A stretch of 64,000 bases of DNA, from contig NC_045717.1 of the NCBI RefSeq assembly GCF_009834535.1, forward strand, positions 21,886,001 through 21,950,000, read 5' to 3'. The position numbers were made by a program, and so were the translations under genes. The DNA comes from Camelus ferus. Taxonomy: Eukaryota. Positions 25,420-37,179 of the stretch are shown here, in pieces. Below the pieces are notes generated by a model. That model saw only the letters and a program-made list of their open reading frames with translations, was not told where the DNA came from and did not search any database. How positions within the stretch are numbered: position 1 is the stretch's first letter; each line of letters opens with the position of its first letter.

Positions 25420-27013
25420 AAAACTTCTTGTTTATCCATTTTATATATAGCAGTGTGTATCCCCAGGGCTTTTTGAAAGGGGAATTTCCATGGGTCGGGG
25501 CGCCAGATAACCGTGGGGGTTGTGTTGCCAGTAGCTGTTCTACAGCTGGCGAACTGTTTATTTATGGTGGACGTCCGCGATCAAAAGCTTAATGTTGGGC
25601 ACTTACACTGTGCTGACTCTGGTTGTCTAGCACCTGGCCCTGGGGTGATGAGGGGGGATAGTGACCCTGGATTGGTTTGCATATTAGACGCATACTTGCT
25701 GGTGAGTGGTTTGCTCCTGCTGGGGTGTGAGCACAGGGGTCTTCTCTGACCCTTGTTTTCTTCATCTCCAAATGGGGTGGCCAGGGCCCCGGGAGCCTCC
25801 CTGTGAGGCATTGACTTCCTTGACATCCTTGGAAGTGGACTGGGTGCCTGCCACCAGCGGGCCTGGTGCGACCCAGTGCTGGGGGAGCACCCAGGGTTCC
25901 ACCCTGGGTCTCGGGGCTCTGACATCTGGCAGGCAGGGAACTGGCCCCTGAAGACAAGATGCTGGGAGGGGATTGGGGTCGTGCTTTCTGGGGGTGGTAC
26001 AGTTCAGCTTTGAGACCCCACCCCCACTCGGGAAGGGAGTTGAGGTGGGTTTTGGAGTCTAGGCCTCAGGCAGCATGCTGGGGACTGGGTTCTCTGCTGG
26101 GCAGTGGTAGAGGTTTGGGAGGTGGGCTGCAGGGACCTTGACTGACGTGGAGCAGAGGGTGCCCAGCCTTCGGGGTACAAGGCCTTCCCTTGGCGCCCAC
26201 TGGATCCCCACCCCCTGAGCTGGGCTGTTTCCTGCTGCAGAACTGTGGGGCTCCTCCCAGCTGGCAGGAAGGAATTACACTAGAGAGTAGAATTTTCTTG
26301 ATTTTAGATTTTTTTCCTTCTAAACTTTTGTTCAAGTGTGGTCAGCTGCAGTGGGCCAAGGGAGCATGTCAGGGGGCACGAGGCCAGCTGCAGATGTCCC
26401 ACGCCACCTGACTTGAGGTCTGGATCTAGATCTTTCTGGGGTTTCAGCTGGGTTCTCAGTGATCAGTGGCACAAACCACCCTGTGCCCCTGCGCCCATGG
26501 GCTCCAAACAACCCCTGTATCCTCTCTTGTGGTTCCAGGTTGCCTGGCCTGGCTGGTGGCTCTTTGTCCCTGGTGCATGGTGGCTGCTGGCATCTGGAGG
26601 CCAGAACATCATGTCTGGTGCCTGGGGCGTGGGGGACTCCCCTCCTCTCGAAGGAGCTGACTGACAGGTGGCTTTGAGGTCTCAGGGGCGGCTTTGTCAT
26701 CCTGCCCTGGGCCAGTAAGCCAGTCAGTTACTTCCAGGAAATTCCGAGCAGGGTCCAGCTTGAAAAGGGAGGGATGTGTGGGGAGCCCACAAGGAGGGGG
26801 ATGTGGATGGGTGGGCATGGTTCCCAGTACCCGGTGAAATTCTGATGCGCTGTGGAGGTGGCCAGTGGGGGATGGAGTCGGGAGTGAGTGTGGGGGCTGC
26901 AATGGTAAAGATGAGGAGGGAGAATTGGGGTGGAGTGTGGTGTATGTATCTTTATCCAGCTCTCACCATTTCTCTTTTTTTTTTTAAATTGAGGAAAAAT
27001 TCCCATAACATGA

Positions 27014-28872
27014 NNNNNNNNNNNNNNNNNNNNNNNNNNNNNNNNNNNNNNNNNNNNNNNNNNNNNNNNNNNNNNNNNNNNNNNNNNNNNNNNNNNNNNN
27101 NNNNNNNNNNNNNNNNNNNNNNNNNNNNNNNNNNNNNNNNNNNNNNNNNNNNNNNNNNNNNNNNNNNNNNNNNNNNNNNNNNNNNNNNNNNNNNNNNNNN
27201 NNNNNNNNNNNNNNNNNNNNNNNNNNNNNNNNNNNNNNNNNNNNNNNNNNNNNNNNNNNNNNNNNTGAAGTAAGATCAGTAATGGCCACCTTGCGACATT
27301 ACGGGAGGTCTCATTCCCATCGGAGGTCGAGGAGGCCCACCTTGGTAAGGGGGCACCATTGGCGGTCCCTGCCCATACGGAGGCATTGCACCAGGAAGGT
27401 AACCTGGCATGCCTTGATGAAGACCACCATACTGACCATGAGGCAGCATTGGGGGTCTCATTCCTTGCTGCTGTGGGATGCCTGGCTGTGGTGGCATCAT
27501 ACCTCCAATTGGTCCAACGGGTGGATTACCAATGGGAGCCTGTCCTGGTCGAGGAAGATTACGTTGATGTTTAGGTAACTGTGCCCTTCTCTCTTCCAGC
27601 GATATATCCTCATCTGGATGGATCAACTTACTGGTTGCACTGGTTGTCGTAAGTGTAGCAGGCTTACTTGTTATTGAAGCTGCTGGTTTAGCTGCAGTGC
27701 TATATGTTGTACTAGTGGTTGAAGCTGTANNNNNNNNNNNNNNNNNNNNNNNNNNNNNNNNNNNNNNNNNNNNNNNNNNNNNNNNNNNNNNNNNNNNNNN
27801 NNNNNNNNNNNNNNNNNNNNNNNNNNNNNNNNNNNNNNNNNNNNNNNNNNNNNNNNNNNNNNNNNNNNNNNNNNNNNNNNNNNNNNNNNNNNNNNNNNNN
27901 NNNNNNNNNNNNNNNNNNNNNNNNNNNNNCATCTGTCCTGCACTGGGGAAAAGAGGCTTAGTAACTGGAGGCTGCGGAGCAGGAACTGTTGCTGTTGGTG
28001 CAGGTGGTCTGTTAAGAATACCTGGTGCTGAAACAGCCTGAGCTTGAGTCATTGGAGGAATTCCAGGACGTGGAACAGGAGGTGGCATACCTGGTGGCAT
28101 ACCAGGNNNNNNNNNNNNNNNNNNNNNNNNNNNNNNNNNNNNNNNNNNNNNNNNNNNNNNNNNNNNNNNNNNNNNNNNNNNNNNNNNNNNNNNNNNNNNN
28201 NNNNNNNNNNNNNNNNNNNNNNNNNNNNNNNNNNNNNNNNNNNNNNNNNNNNNNNNNNNNNNNNNNNNNNNNNNNNNNNNNNNNNNNNNNNNNNNNNNNN
28301 GTGCTCCCGGAACTGGTGGTAGTCCTGGTTGTGCCATTGGGGGGATATAACCTTGCTGAGGTTGAACTGGCTGTGGTTGAAATGAAGTTGAAGCTGCAGA
28401 GTCATCATCATTATATTCATCAGAATCATCTTGCTGTTTCTTTTTTTTGACTCTCTGCTTGTGTTTTTTGCTCAAGAAGTCTTCTTCGTTCATCCATGTC
28501 TTTTTCTGGAATACCTTCCATACCATATATTTCCAGTTCTATGTCTGTTCTCCCAGGTATTGCATTTGGCACNNNNNNNNNNNNNNNNNNNNNNNNNNNN
28601 NNNNNNNNNNNNNNNNNNNNNNNNNNNNNNNNNNNNNNNNNNNNNNNNNNNNNNNNNNNNNNNNNNNNNNNNNNNNNNNNNNNNNNNNNNNNNNNNNNNN
28701 NNNNNNNNNNNNNNNNNNNNNNNNNNNNNNNNNNNNNNNNNNNNNNNNNNNNNNNNNNNNNNNNNNNNGCCCTCTACCGAAAAAAAAAAAAAAAGGAGGA
28801 TAAAACAAGCAGAAAAAACGAGTAGAAATTCGCTCACTCCTCCGATCCAACCGCCACCACCGCGTCCCACAG
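27014..28872 (-). pseudogene. ZNF207: Processed (intronless) retrocopy of ZNF207/BuGZ, full length from the 5' UTR, one visible frameshift
   Basis: Intronless - strand reading VPNAIPGRTDIELEIYGMEGIPEKDMDERRRLLEQKTQAESQKK, then after a +1 shift at T8 (28441-28448) KQQDDSDEY...SKLIHPDEDISLEERRAQL (GLEBS)...RPPVMSQGGHY* (stop 27278-27276). ZNF207-like 5' UTR at 28769-28872 and 3' UTR start (TGATCTTACTTCA). The zinc-finger N-terminus and the 3' end lie in N blocks, so the left boundary is approximate. Confidence 0.93.
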
Positions 28873-28878
28873 AAAAAA

Positions 28879-29200
28879 CCTAACCATTAACTCTTTGAAA
28901 GTCTATCAGTTCCCTGGCATTTAGTACACCCATGGTCCACATTCATCACATCTGTCTAGTTGCAAGACATTTTCATCACCCCAAAAGGAAACCCCTTCCC
29001 CAATAGCAGTTTCCCTGCCCCCACCCCCACCCCCCAGCCCCTGGCAGCCACTAATCTACGTTCTGTCTCTGTGGATTCACCTGTTCGGGACATCTCATAT
29101 AAATGGAAGTGTACCGTAGGTGACCTCTGGTGTCTGGCTTCTTTCACTGAGTATCATGTTTTCAAGGTTCTTCCCCAAAAGTTTCCTTGTGGCCTTTTTG
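28879..29200 (-). mobile_element. Old L1M 3' fragment, interrupted by the ZNF207 retrocopy (other part ~26975-27013)
   Basis: ttttaaattgagg..cataacat | ..taaccatt..gcatttagtac..cattttcatcaccccaaaaggaaacccc follows the antisense L1M 3' consensus continuously across the insert. Confidence 0.7.
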
Positions 29201-29382
29201 ATCCCCCTCCCCCCACCTCACTTACCCAAGCAACCACCAATTGGCTTCAGACACTATAGATTAGTTGTATATCATGTACCTTTTTTTTTTTTTTTTGCCT
29301 TGTGGTTTTCACCTGGCACAATTATTTTAAGATGTAGACATACTGTATGTATTAAAAGTGAGCTCAGTTTTATTCTGTGTAT

Positions 29383-29504
29383 GGGGGGGGTAGTTAATCT
29401 TTTTTACATTTTTATTTATTTTCTTTTAGAGGAGGTACTGGGGATTGAAACCAGGACCTCATGCACACTAGGCAGGCACTCTACCACTGAGCTACGCTCA
29501 CCCC
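29383..29504 (-). mobile_element. vic-1-like SINE
   Basis: Same head and tail on - strand. Confidence 0.8.
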
Positions 29505-29949
29505 TGAGCTCAGCTTCATTGCCAAGCTGTAGTCCACTGTATGACTGTCTCATGTCCATTGACCCATGGATTTCTAGATGGTTTCTGGTTTTTGATTTTT
29601 GCAAAGAAAGCTGCTGTGAACATTTATGTATAAGTGTGTTCATCTGCTTTTATCTCTTTTGGGTAAAATACCCAGGAGTGGAGGGGTTGCATCCTATGGT
29701 AAGGATCTATTTAATTCCAAAGAAATGGCCCAAATGTTTTTCAAAGTGGATGTATTCTTACTCTCCCTTCCCCAGCAATGTATATATTCTCCTCCCCTCA
29801 CAGCCTTGCCATCACCTGGTATGGGTGGGCAGGCTTTAATTTTAGCTGTTCTAACAGGTGTACGATGGTATTACACTGTGGGTTTTTTTTTTAATTGAAG
29901 TGGAAAAAACAGAAACTTAATTAATTGTTTCTTTTTCACTTCTTTTTTT

Positions 29950-30068
29950 GAGGGGGAGGTAATTAGGTTTACTTATTTATTTATTTATTATGGAGGTACC
30001 AGGGGTTGAACCCAGGACCTCATACATGCTAAACCATGTGCCCTACCACTGAGCTAGACCCACTTCCC
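29950..30068 (-). mobile_element. vic-1-like SINE
   Basis: Same head and tail on - strand; further tail-only fragments at ~30170-30260. Confidence 0.8.
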
Positions 30069-30274
30069 TTCTTTTTTCTTTTAAATTAAAATTTTTTTCC
30101 TTTCTTTTTTTAATATAAAATCTTCAACTTGTTATTTTTTTCCTATTTTTGAAAAAAAAATTAAGCTTTTTTGGGGGGAGTGGGAGGAAATTAGGTTTAT
30201 TTATTTGGTTGTTTTTAAATTTTTGTGGGGGGATTATTAGGTTTATTTATTTGTGGTTTTTTTTTTTTTTTGAG

Positions 30275-30580
30275 TAAAGATAGATTTATTTAGAGAGATA
30301 CATACTGCATAGAGTGTAGGCTGTCTCAGAAGGTGAGAGAGAGGCCACGAGGTGTGGGGGTTGGGTGCTCAGTTAAAGTATAAGTAGGTACACGCTGCAT
30401 AGACAGTGCGGGCCATCTCTGAAGATGAGGAAGCGAGAGAGGCGGCGAGGCAAGGTGTTGCCAGTTTTTATGGGTTCAGTAGCTTCACATGCCAACAAGT
30501 GGGAGGACCCTTCCAACTACCATGGGGGAGGGGCTGGGATTCCCAGGAACTGGGCCACCGTCCACTCTCTGACTTTTTAT
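30275..30580. mobile_element. Probable ERV LTR fragment with internal duplication
   Basis: Begins aaagatagatttatttagagagat.. and contains two similar units (tacatactgcatagagtgtaggctgtctc / tacacgctgcatagacagtgcgggccatctc), resembling artiodactyl LTR text from recall. Confidence 0.5.
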
Positions 30581-30584
30581 GCTT

Positions 30585-30673
30585 TGTTTGTTTTTTTAAT
30601 GGAGGTACTGGGGATGGAACCCAAGACCTCCTGCATGCTAAGCATGCGCTCTGCCCCTGAGCTATACTCTCCC
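30585..30673 (-). mobile_element. vic-1-like SINE
   Basis: tRNA-Ala-like head on - strand. Confidence 0.8.
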
Positions 30674-31775
30674 AAATTTAACCTTTTTCAAGTAAACAAT
30701 TCAACAGCATTGAGCACACAGGTAACATCATGCAACCACCACCTCTCGCTGGTAGTATGGGAGTCTTTTCCTGAGCCTGGTGGTGGCTCATAGAATATCT
30801 CTTTGGGACATTGGGATTGCATTGCACTTGTAGGTTAATGTGTGGAGGAGAACAAACATTCACTGAGCACCAACCTGGTGCCAGGCATTGTTGTAGGTGC
30901 TGGAAAGTTGGCTTTGAACAAAGCAAAGTCCCCTCCCCCATGATGTGGAGTTGAGGGGAGGGGACAGACAATCTACCAACCAACAGGTACATCCATGTCA
31001 GAGGGTGCTAAGTTCTGGGGACTAAAAGCCAGAGTAGAAGGAGGGATCGTCTTGCTGGGTTGGGGTAAGAAGGGTCACTATTTTTGTATTAGTCAAAAGG
31101 GGCCTCCTGAATAGGGAGACAACTGAGTGGACAACTGAAGGAAGTAAGAGGGTGGGTGAGCTGTGCAGGCTCGTAAGTGAAGAACATTCCCGGAACAGGG
31201 AACAACCAGTGCAAAGGCCCTGAGGCAGAAATGTGTTCCGGAAACAGGAGGTCTGCAGGGAGTGGGAGTGGCAGTGGTCCTAAGATTTGCTGTTAGAGAT
31301 GGCAGGGGTTGGGGGTGGGGGGTACAGAGGTTGCGTAGTGAGATGGGGTGTTTTTCAGAGATTTTGAGCTGAGGTGGGCATGTTCTGATTTAGTTTTTTG
31401 GTTTTAAATCAAGGTATAGTTCATTTACAATTGATTTAGGTTTCAAAGGGTGTTTTGGCAATAAGATCCCCTCTTTTTTTTTTTTTTTTTTTTTTTACAA
31501 TTGAAGTACAGCTGATTTACAGTGTTTCCGGTATACAGCAAAGTGATTTAGGTATATATATTTTTTCTTTTTCAGATTTTTTCCCATTATAGGTTATTAC
31601 AAGATATTGAATATAGTTCCCTCTGCTGTACAGTAGAAACTAGTTGTATAAGGAGATCCCTTTTTAAAGAAGTGATTTATCTAATTGAAATTTTCTGGCT
31701 TAAGTTAACACTGTATTTTTTTGCTTTTGATTGCACAGCTTTACGAATGAACTAATGCCACTGAAGTTTACTTTT

Positions 31776-31897
31776 GGGGGGGGTTGGGGGAGTAAATAGG
31801 TTTATTTATTTATTTATTTTAACGGAGGTACTGGGGGTTGAACCCGGGACCTCATGCATGCTAAGCAGGCACTCTGCCCCTGAGCTATACCCTTCCC
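31776..31897 (-). mobile_element. vic-1-like SINE with perfect 15-bp target-site duplication
   Basis: CTGAAGTTTACTTTT at 31761-31775 and 31898-31912 flanks the element. Confidence 0.9.
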
Positions 31898-32352
31898 CTG
31901 AAGTTTACTTTTAAATGGTTAATTTTGTGCTATGTGGATTTCCTCTCAATAATAAAAACAAAACAGAAAAAGCTAGACGATGAGTCATCATATTTGCGTG
32001 CTGATGGGAATAATCTAATATAGAGGGAGGGCTGTTGGGGTGGCTCGTTACGTAGGCAAGTGGGGTGGGAGCTAGGGGAGGTGGCCTGGGTTTGCCTGGG
32101 ATCAGGGCAGAAAGCTTATTCACAGCAGCAGGAAGGAAGGTTGAGCTGGTGTGTGGACCTAGATGTAGGTTCAGATGCACCCCTGGTGCTGTGTGGCGGC
32201 TGTGGAAGGTTTTTTCTGCTGATTTCTATTTTCTCAGTGATGCTGGCAAGTCAGCCACAGTGATTGGAAAACAGAGGAATGATGGTACACGGGGGAGATT
32301 GCAGTGGCTTCTATGCCAGTTTTCCCAGCTCCTTGAAGGACGCAGGAAGTCA

Positions 32353-32366
32353 CCAGTAGGTGGCGC
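32353..32366 (+). promoter_or_regulatory. Consensus CTCF-binding motif
   Basis: CCAGTAGGTGGCGC matches CCASYAGRKGGCRS exactly. An ETS-like CAGGAAGT is adjacent (32343-32350) and the patch retains CpGs. Confidence 0.65.
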
Positions 32367-32809
32367 TGTCTCCCTGCACTTGACTCGCCCGTCCAGCCAT
32401 GGGTTTCTTTTTTCTTTTTTTTAGAGGCGGGAAGGTTGGTCCTTGTGCTTTCTCTTCCGGTTTAAACCCCCGCTCTCATATATATAGACAGGATTCTCTT
32501 GATAATGTAAAAGCCAAAAATATGTTTTTTTCCCCTGCGATTTAGAAATTTACAGAATGTGGGGAAGGTTAGTGCCTAATATGAAAGTGTTTCTAATTAA
32601 CATTAATCCAGGCTCCAAAGACTGTTAATACAACGGGTAAAGAGCTGGGGTCCATCACACATCATCAGAGGAGGGGGTCCACCCCCAGCTCTTTCTATAG
32701 TTCTGTTGGTGAATCTCAGTGATGAGCATTTTTCCTGGGACGTTACTGCTTTGTTTTGATTTAAGAGTCCACAAAGACAAGGAGGAAGGTTTTTTCTTTT
32801 CTCCTCATT

Positions 32810-34990
32810 TAGTTTTTAAAAATTGAACTATAATCAGTTTACAATGTTGCATCAATTTCTGGTGTACAGCATAATGTTTCAGTCATACATATACATATAT
32901 ATTCCTTTTCATATTTTTTCATTATAGGTTACTGGAAGGTATTGAATATAGTTCCCTGTGCTATACAGTAGAAACTTGTTTATTTATTTTATATAGTAGT
33001 TTGTATCTGCTAATCCCAAACTCTTAATTTATCCCTTCCCCACCTGCTTTCCCCCGGTAACCGTAAGTTTATTTTCTGTCTGTAAGTCTCTTTCTGTTTT
33101 GTATGTAAGTTCATTTGTGTCTTTTTTTTTTTTCTAGATTCCAGATNNNNNNNNNNNNNNNNNNNNNNNNNNNNNNNNNNNNNNNNNNNNNNNNNNNNNN
33201 NNNNNNNNNNNNNNNNNNNNNNNNNNNNNNNNNNNNNNNNNNNNNNNNNNNNNNNNNNNNNNNNNNNNNNNNNNNNNNNNNNNNNNNNNNNNNNNNNNNN
33301 NNNNNNNNNNNNNNNNNNNNNNNNNNNNNNNNNNNNNNNNNNNNNNNNNNNNNNNNNNNNNNNNNNNNNNNNNNNNNNNNNNNNNCTTTTTCAGTTACAG
33401 TTNNNNNNNNNNNNNNNNNNNNNNNNNNNNNNNNNNNNNNNNNNNNNNNNNNNNNNNNNNNNNNNNNNNNNNNNNNNNNNNNNNNNNNNNNNNNNNNNNN
33501 NNNNNNNNNNNNNNNNNNNNNNNNNNNNNNNNNNNNNNNNNNNNCTCCACACCCTCTCCAGCATGTATCGTTTGTGGACTTTTTGATGATGTCTGTTCTG
33601 ACTGGTGTGAGTTGGTACTCACTGTAGTTTTGATGTGCATTTCTCTAATAATTAGCAGATATTGAGCATCTTTTCATGTGCTTGTTGGCCATCTGGATGT
33701 CTTCTTTGGAGAGATGTCCATTTAGGTCTTCTGCCCATTTTTTGATTGGGTTGCTTTTTTTTTTTTTTAAAGGTGTATGAACTGTTTGTATATTTTGGAA
33801 ATTAGTCCTTTGTTGGTTGCATAGTTTGCAAATATTTTCTCCCATTCTGTAGGTGGTCTTTACATCTTGTTGATGGTTTCCTTAGCTGTGCAAGAGCTTT
33901 TAAGTTTAATTAGATCCCATTTGTTTATTATTGCTTTTATTTCCATTACTCTAGGAACTGGTGCAAAAAAATACAGCTGTGATTTATGTCAAAGAGTGTT
34001 CCCATGAGATTCCCCCCCCCCTTTTTTTTTTTGGAATAGACTATTTTTTTTAGAGCAGTTTCAGGTTCACAGCAGAATTGGGCAGAAAATACAAAGAGTT
34101 TGCACATATCCCTCCCCACCCACAAATATACACTCCCCTACCCTCAGTATCCCTCACCAGTGCGGCGTATTTGGTACAATCGATGNNNNNNNNNNNNNNN
34201 NNNNNNNNNNNNNNNNNNNNNNNNNNNNNNNNNNNNNNNNNNNNNNNNNNNNNNNNNNNNNNNNNNNNNNNNNNNNNNNNNNNNNNNNNNNNNNNNNNNN
34301 NNNNNNNNNNNNNNNNNNNNTTCATTGCCCTAAAAATTCCTTGTGCTCCATCTGTTCACTCCTCCCTCCCTCCTTCTCCCCAAACTCCCGTGGGATTCCT
34401 TTTGACCACGTGCTGATTTTGGCTTGTTTTGCAGTTCTCCCCAGTATTTATGCATTTGTTTTTGCCTGGAACCTTCCTCACTCTCTTTCCCTTTAAGCCA
34501 CCTTCACCCTTTTTTCTTTCTTCTTTTTGTAAATTATACATAACATTGAAATTTACCATTTAAAAAAATTGGGGGGGTATTAGGTTTATTTATTTATTTT
34601 TAATAGAGGTATTAAGGATTGAACCCAGGACCTCGTGCATGCTAGGCATGCGCTCTACCACTGAGCTCTAACCCTCCCCCGGAAATTTACCATTTTTAAG
34701 TGCATGATTCAGTAACATTAAGTACATCCACCTTGTGCAACCATCCCCGCCAGTCATCTCCAGAACTCTTCATCTGGTAAAACTGAAACTCTGTCTCCAT
34801 TAAACATTAATTCCTCCTCCTCCCCCCCGCCCCTCAGCCCCTGGCACCCACCATGTGACTTTCTGTTTGTAGAATCTGACTACTCTGGGGACTTCATATA
34901 AATGGAATTGTGTCTGACTTGTTTCACTCAGCATCATGTCCTCATGGTTCATCCATGTTGTAGCAGGTGTCACAATCTGAATTTGTTAAG
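32810..34990 (-). mobile_element. Nested antisense L1 fragments with three N blocks (33147-33385, 33403-33544, 34186-34320)
   Basis: The - strand encodes L1 ORF2 C-terminal remnants (e.g. [30 protein letters not shown]) and L1 3' UTR text. Confidence 0.85.
34571..34680 (-). mobile_element. vic-1-like SINE with TSD, inside an antisense L1M fragment
   Basis: GAAATTTACCATTT at ~34548-34561 and ~34682-34695 flanks the element. Confidence 0.85.
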
Positions 34991-36439
34991 AAGGCAAGTT
35001 CTGGTTTATATTTCTGTATGCTTATTAGAAATGTAACAGTTAAAAAGATAACTTTGAAACCCTGCTAGCGTATTTCTTAAGTTACTTTCTACTTGTGTTA
35101 ACGCTCAGCTTACAGGCTCAGAAGGATATTGAGTTGCCCAAGCGCTGTGTCTGAATGAGCTCTGTCATTCTCAGGTGTGAGTTTATAGAACACATGTGTG
35201 CCGGAACAAGTGCCCAGGTCAGAAGCAAGTCCATCGGCTGACAGAGATAAATCTCCCTGATTTTTCTGAGGTTGATTCATCTGTGCTTTTCTGGACATTA
35301 TTGAAAATTGGCCTGAATTTTCCTATCGTGTTCCATACTCTTACCTGTTTTGTTCCTGTTGAGGTGAAGTTCACATTAACAAAGTTAACCTTTTGAAAGC
35401 GAATGATCCAGGGACATTTAGTATACTCACCATGTTGTGCAAAAGTCCCCTCTGTCTAGTTTCAAAATATTTCCATCACCCCCTACTCGTTAAGTGGCTG
35501 CTCCAGTTCCTCCCTTCCCTCTTCCTCTCTGTTTTGCCAATTGCTTTAATCTGTGTTGTTTCTTTATTTTCTCGTGTTGTTGGGTTTTGTCTATTGTGCA
35601 CTGGTCTCGTGTCAGATCACCTCTCTGGCTGAGCCTTCCTCCATGGGAGTGCCTGGCTGGGTGGCTGTTGTCTGGTCAGGAGGTCCTCATTCCTGGATTG
35701 TGAATCCCATTCCTGGATTGTGAATCTAGGATCTGCACAGTTGAGGCCAGGCTTTGCAGGGCCAGGTGGTGGGGAGGGGCTAGGGGCTTGAAGGCACAGG
35801 CAGTGGTTGTTGCACCCACCAGTTGAAAAAGAGGTGGGGGCAATCTGAGAAGGCTTCCTGGAGGAGTAACCTTGCCTCCGTGGGGAGATTGGCTGGACGT
35901 GGGTCTTGCATGGTGAACTTTCAGCACCTTGGAGAAGTCTCCTGGGTTCTCCATGTAGGCCCCCTGTAAGGATGCACACAGCCCTGTATAGAATAAAACG
36001 TAGCCTCTACAGAGGCATCACAGAAACACACACGTGATAATATGCGTGAGCCCATAGAACACATGAAGACACGTGGGACAGCATGCTTAAGTCACTAGAA
36101 TGTGGCAAAAAACACACAAAGAACAACACTCTGGGGAACAAACACGAGCACATGCAGGATGTAAGCCTCCGTGAATGGAAATTACCAGAATTCCTATGTC
36201 AGGCTGAGGGACCAGTGGTCCAGGGGCACCTAGCACTAGATGGACAGGACACCGTCAGGTCAGGCAAGATCCAGGAATGCTGACTCAGGGGTGAACAGAG
36301 AAAAGACCTAATGCCCTAACCTTGTTTCTCACTGGGAAGGTGGCTGGAATTCCACCCTCACATTTCAGGAAGTGGAGGCGCTCACTGCCTCGGTGGAGGT
36401 GGGTGAGGCTGAAGGTGCTGCTGGTGTGTCTGCGTGTCC

Positions 36440-36730
36440 TAGAGAAAGAGGATTTCATTTATATGAAATATCCAGAATAGGTAAATCCACAGAGACAGGG
36501 AGCAGGTGGGTGGCTGTCACGGGCTGGGGGAGGGAGGGGTGGGAAGCGATGGCTTCTTGGGCACAGCATTTTTGTGTGCGTATCGGGGTGGAGGGTGGTG
36601 ATGAAAATGTCTTGGAACTAGATAGAGGGGGTGAATGCCCAACATTGCGAATGTACCAAACGGCCCTGCGTCGTCCACTTTAAAATTACTTATTTCATGG
36701 GAACTTCACCTCAATCAAAAAATGTATAAT
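36440..36730 (+). mobile_element. L1M 3' end fragment
   Basis: tttatatgaaatatccagaataggtaaatccacagagaca..ggtgatgaaaatgtcttggaactagatag. Confidence 0.7.
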
Positions 36731-37179
36731 AAAAAACTCATTCACATGATTTCCATAGTTTGGCGTGGGGAAGGAGAATTCAGCACTGCTAGCCTGCCCA
36801 CTGCCCTCGGCATGCTCCCCGGGGCGCAGTTCTCGAAAACTTTTTCCTGTGAAACATGGCAGATATAAAAAGGCACAAAACCCAAACATATCATGAATCA
36901 TTATCAAGCGAACACCTGCTTACGCCCACTTTTTAGGGAAAAAGCTCATTCTCCCCTTGTGTTTTACTTGAATTTTGGCAAATCTGAAAAACAAGTTTTA
37001 ATCAAAAAACGAAAATAATAATTGGATATTTCTACCACCCCAAGTTAATTACCGCTAATATTTTTGATATGTTTGCTTCTATTTTCTGTGTGTTTTCCTT
37101 TAAAATATGCAAATAATTTATCAATGCCCCCTTTAAAGATAGAATGTTATAATACAATGAAACTGCTTTCTTTAAAATT

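Noticed and set aside
27276-28526. 416-aa ORF starting MVWKVFQKK as an independent gene
   Set aside because: The ATG is out of frame with ZNF207 and joins the ZNF207 C-terminal frame only through the A8 frameshift; continuity across the N blocks is unproven.
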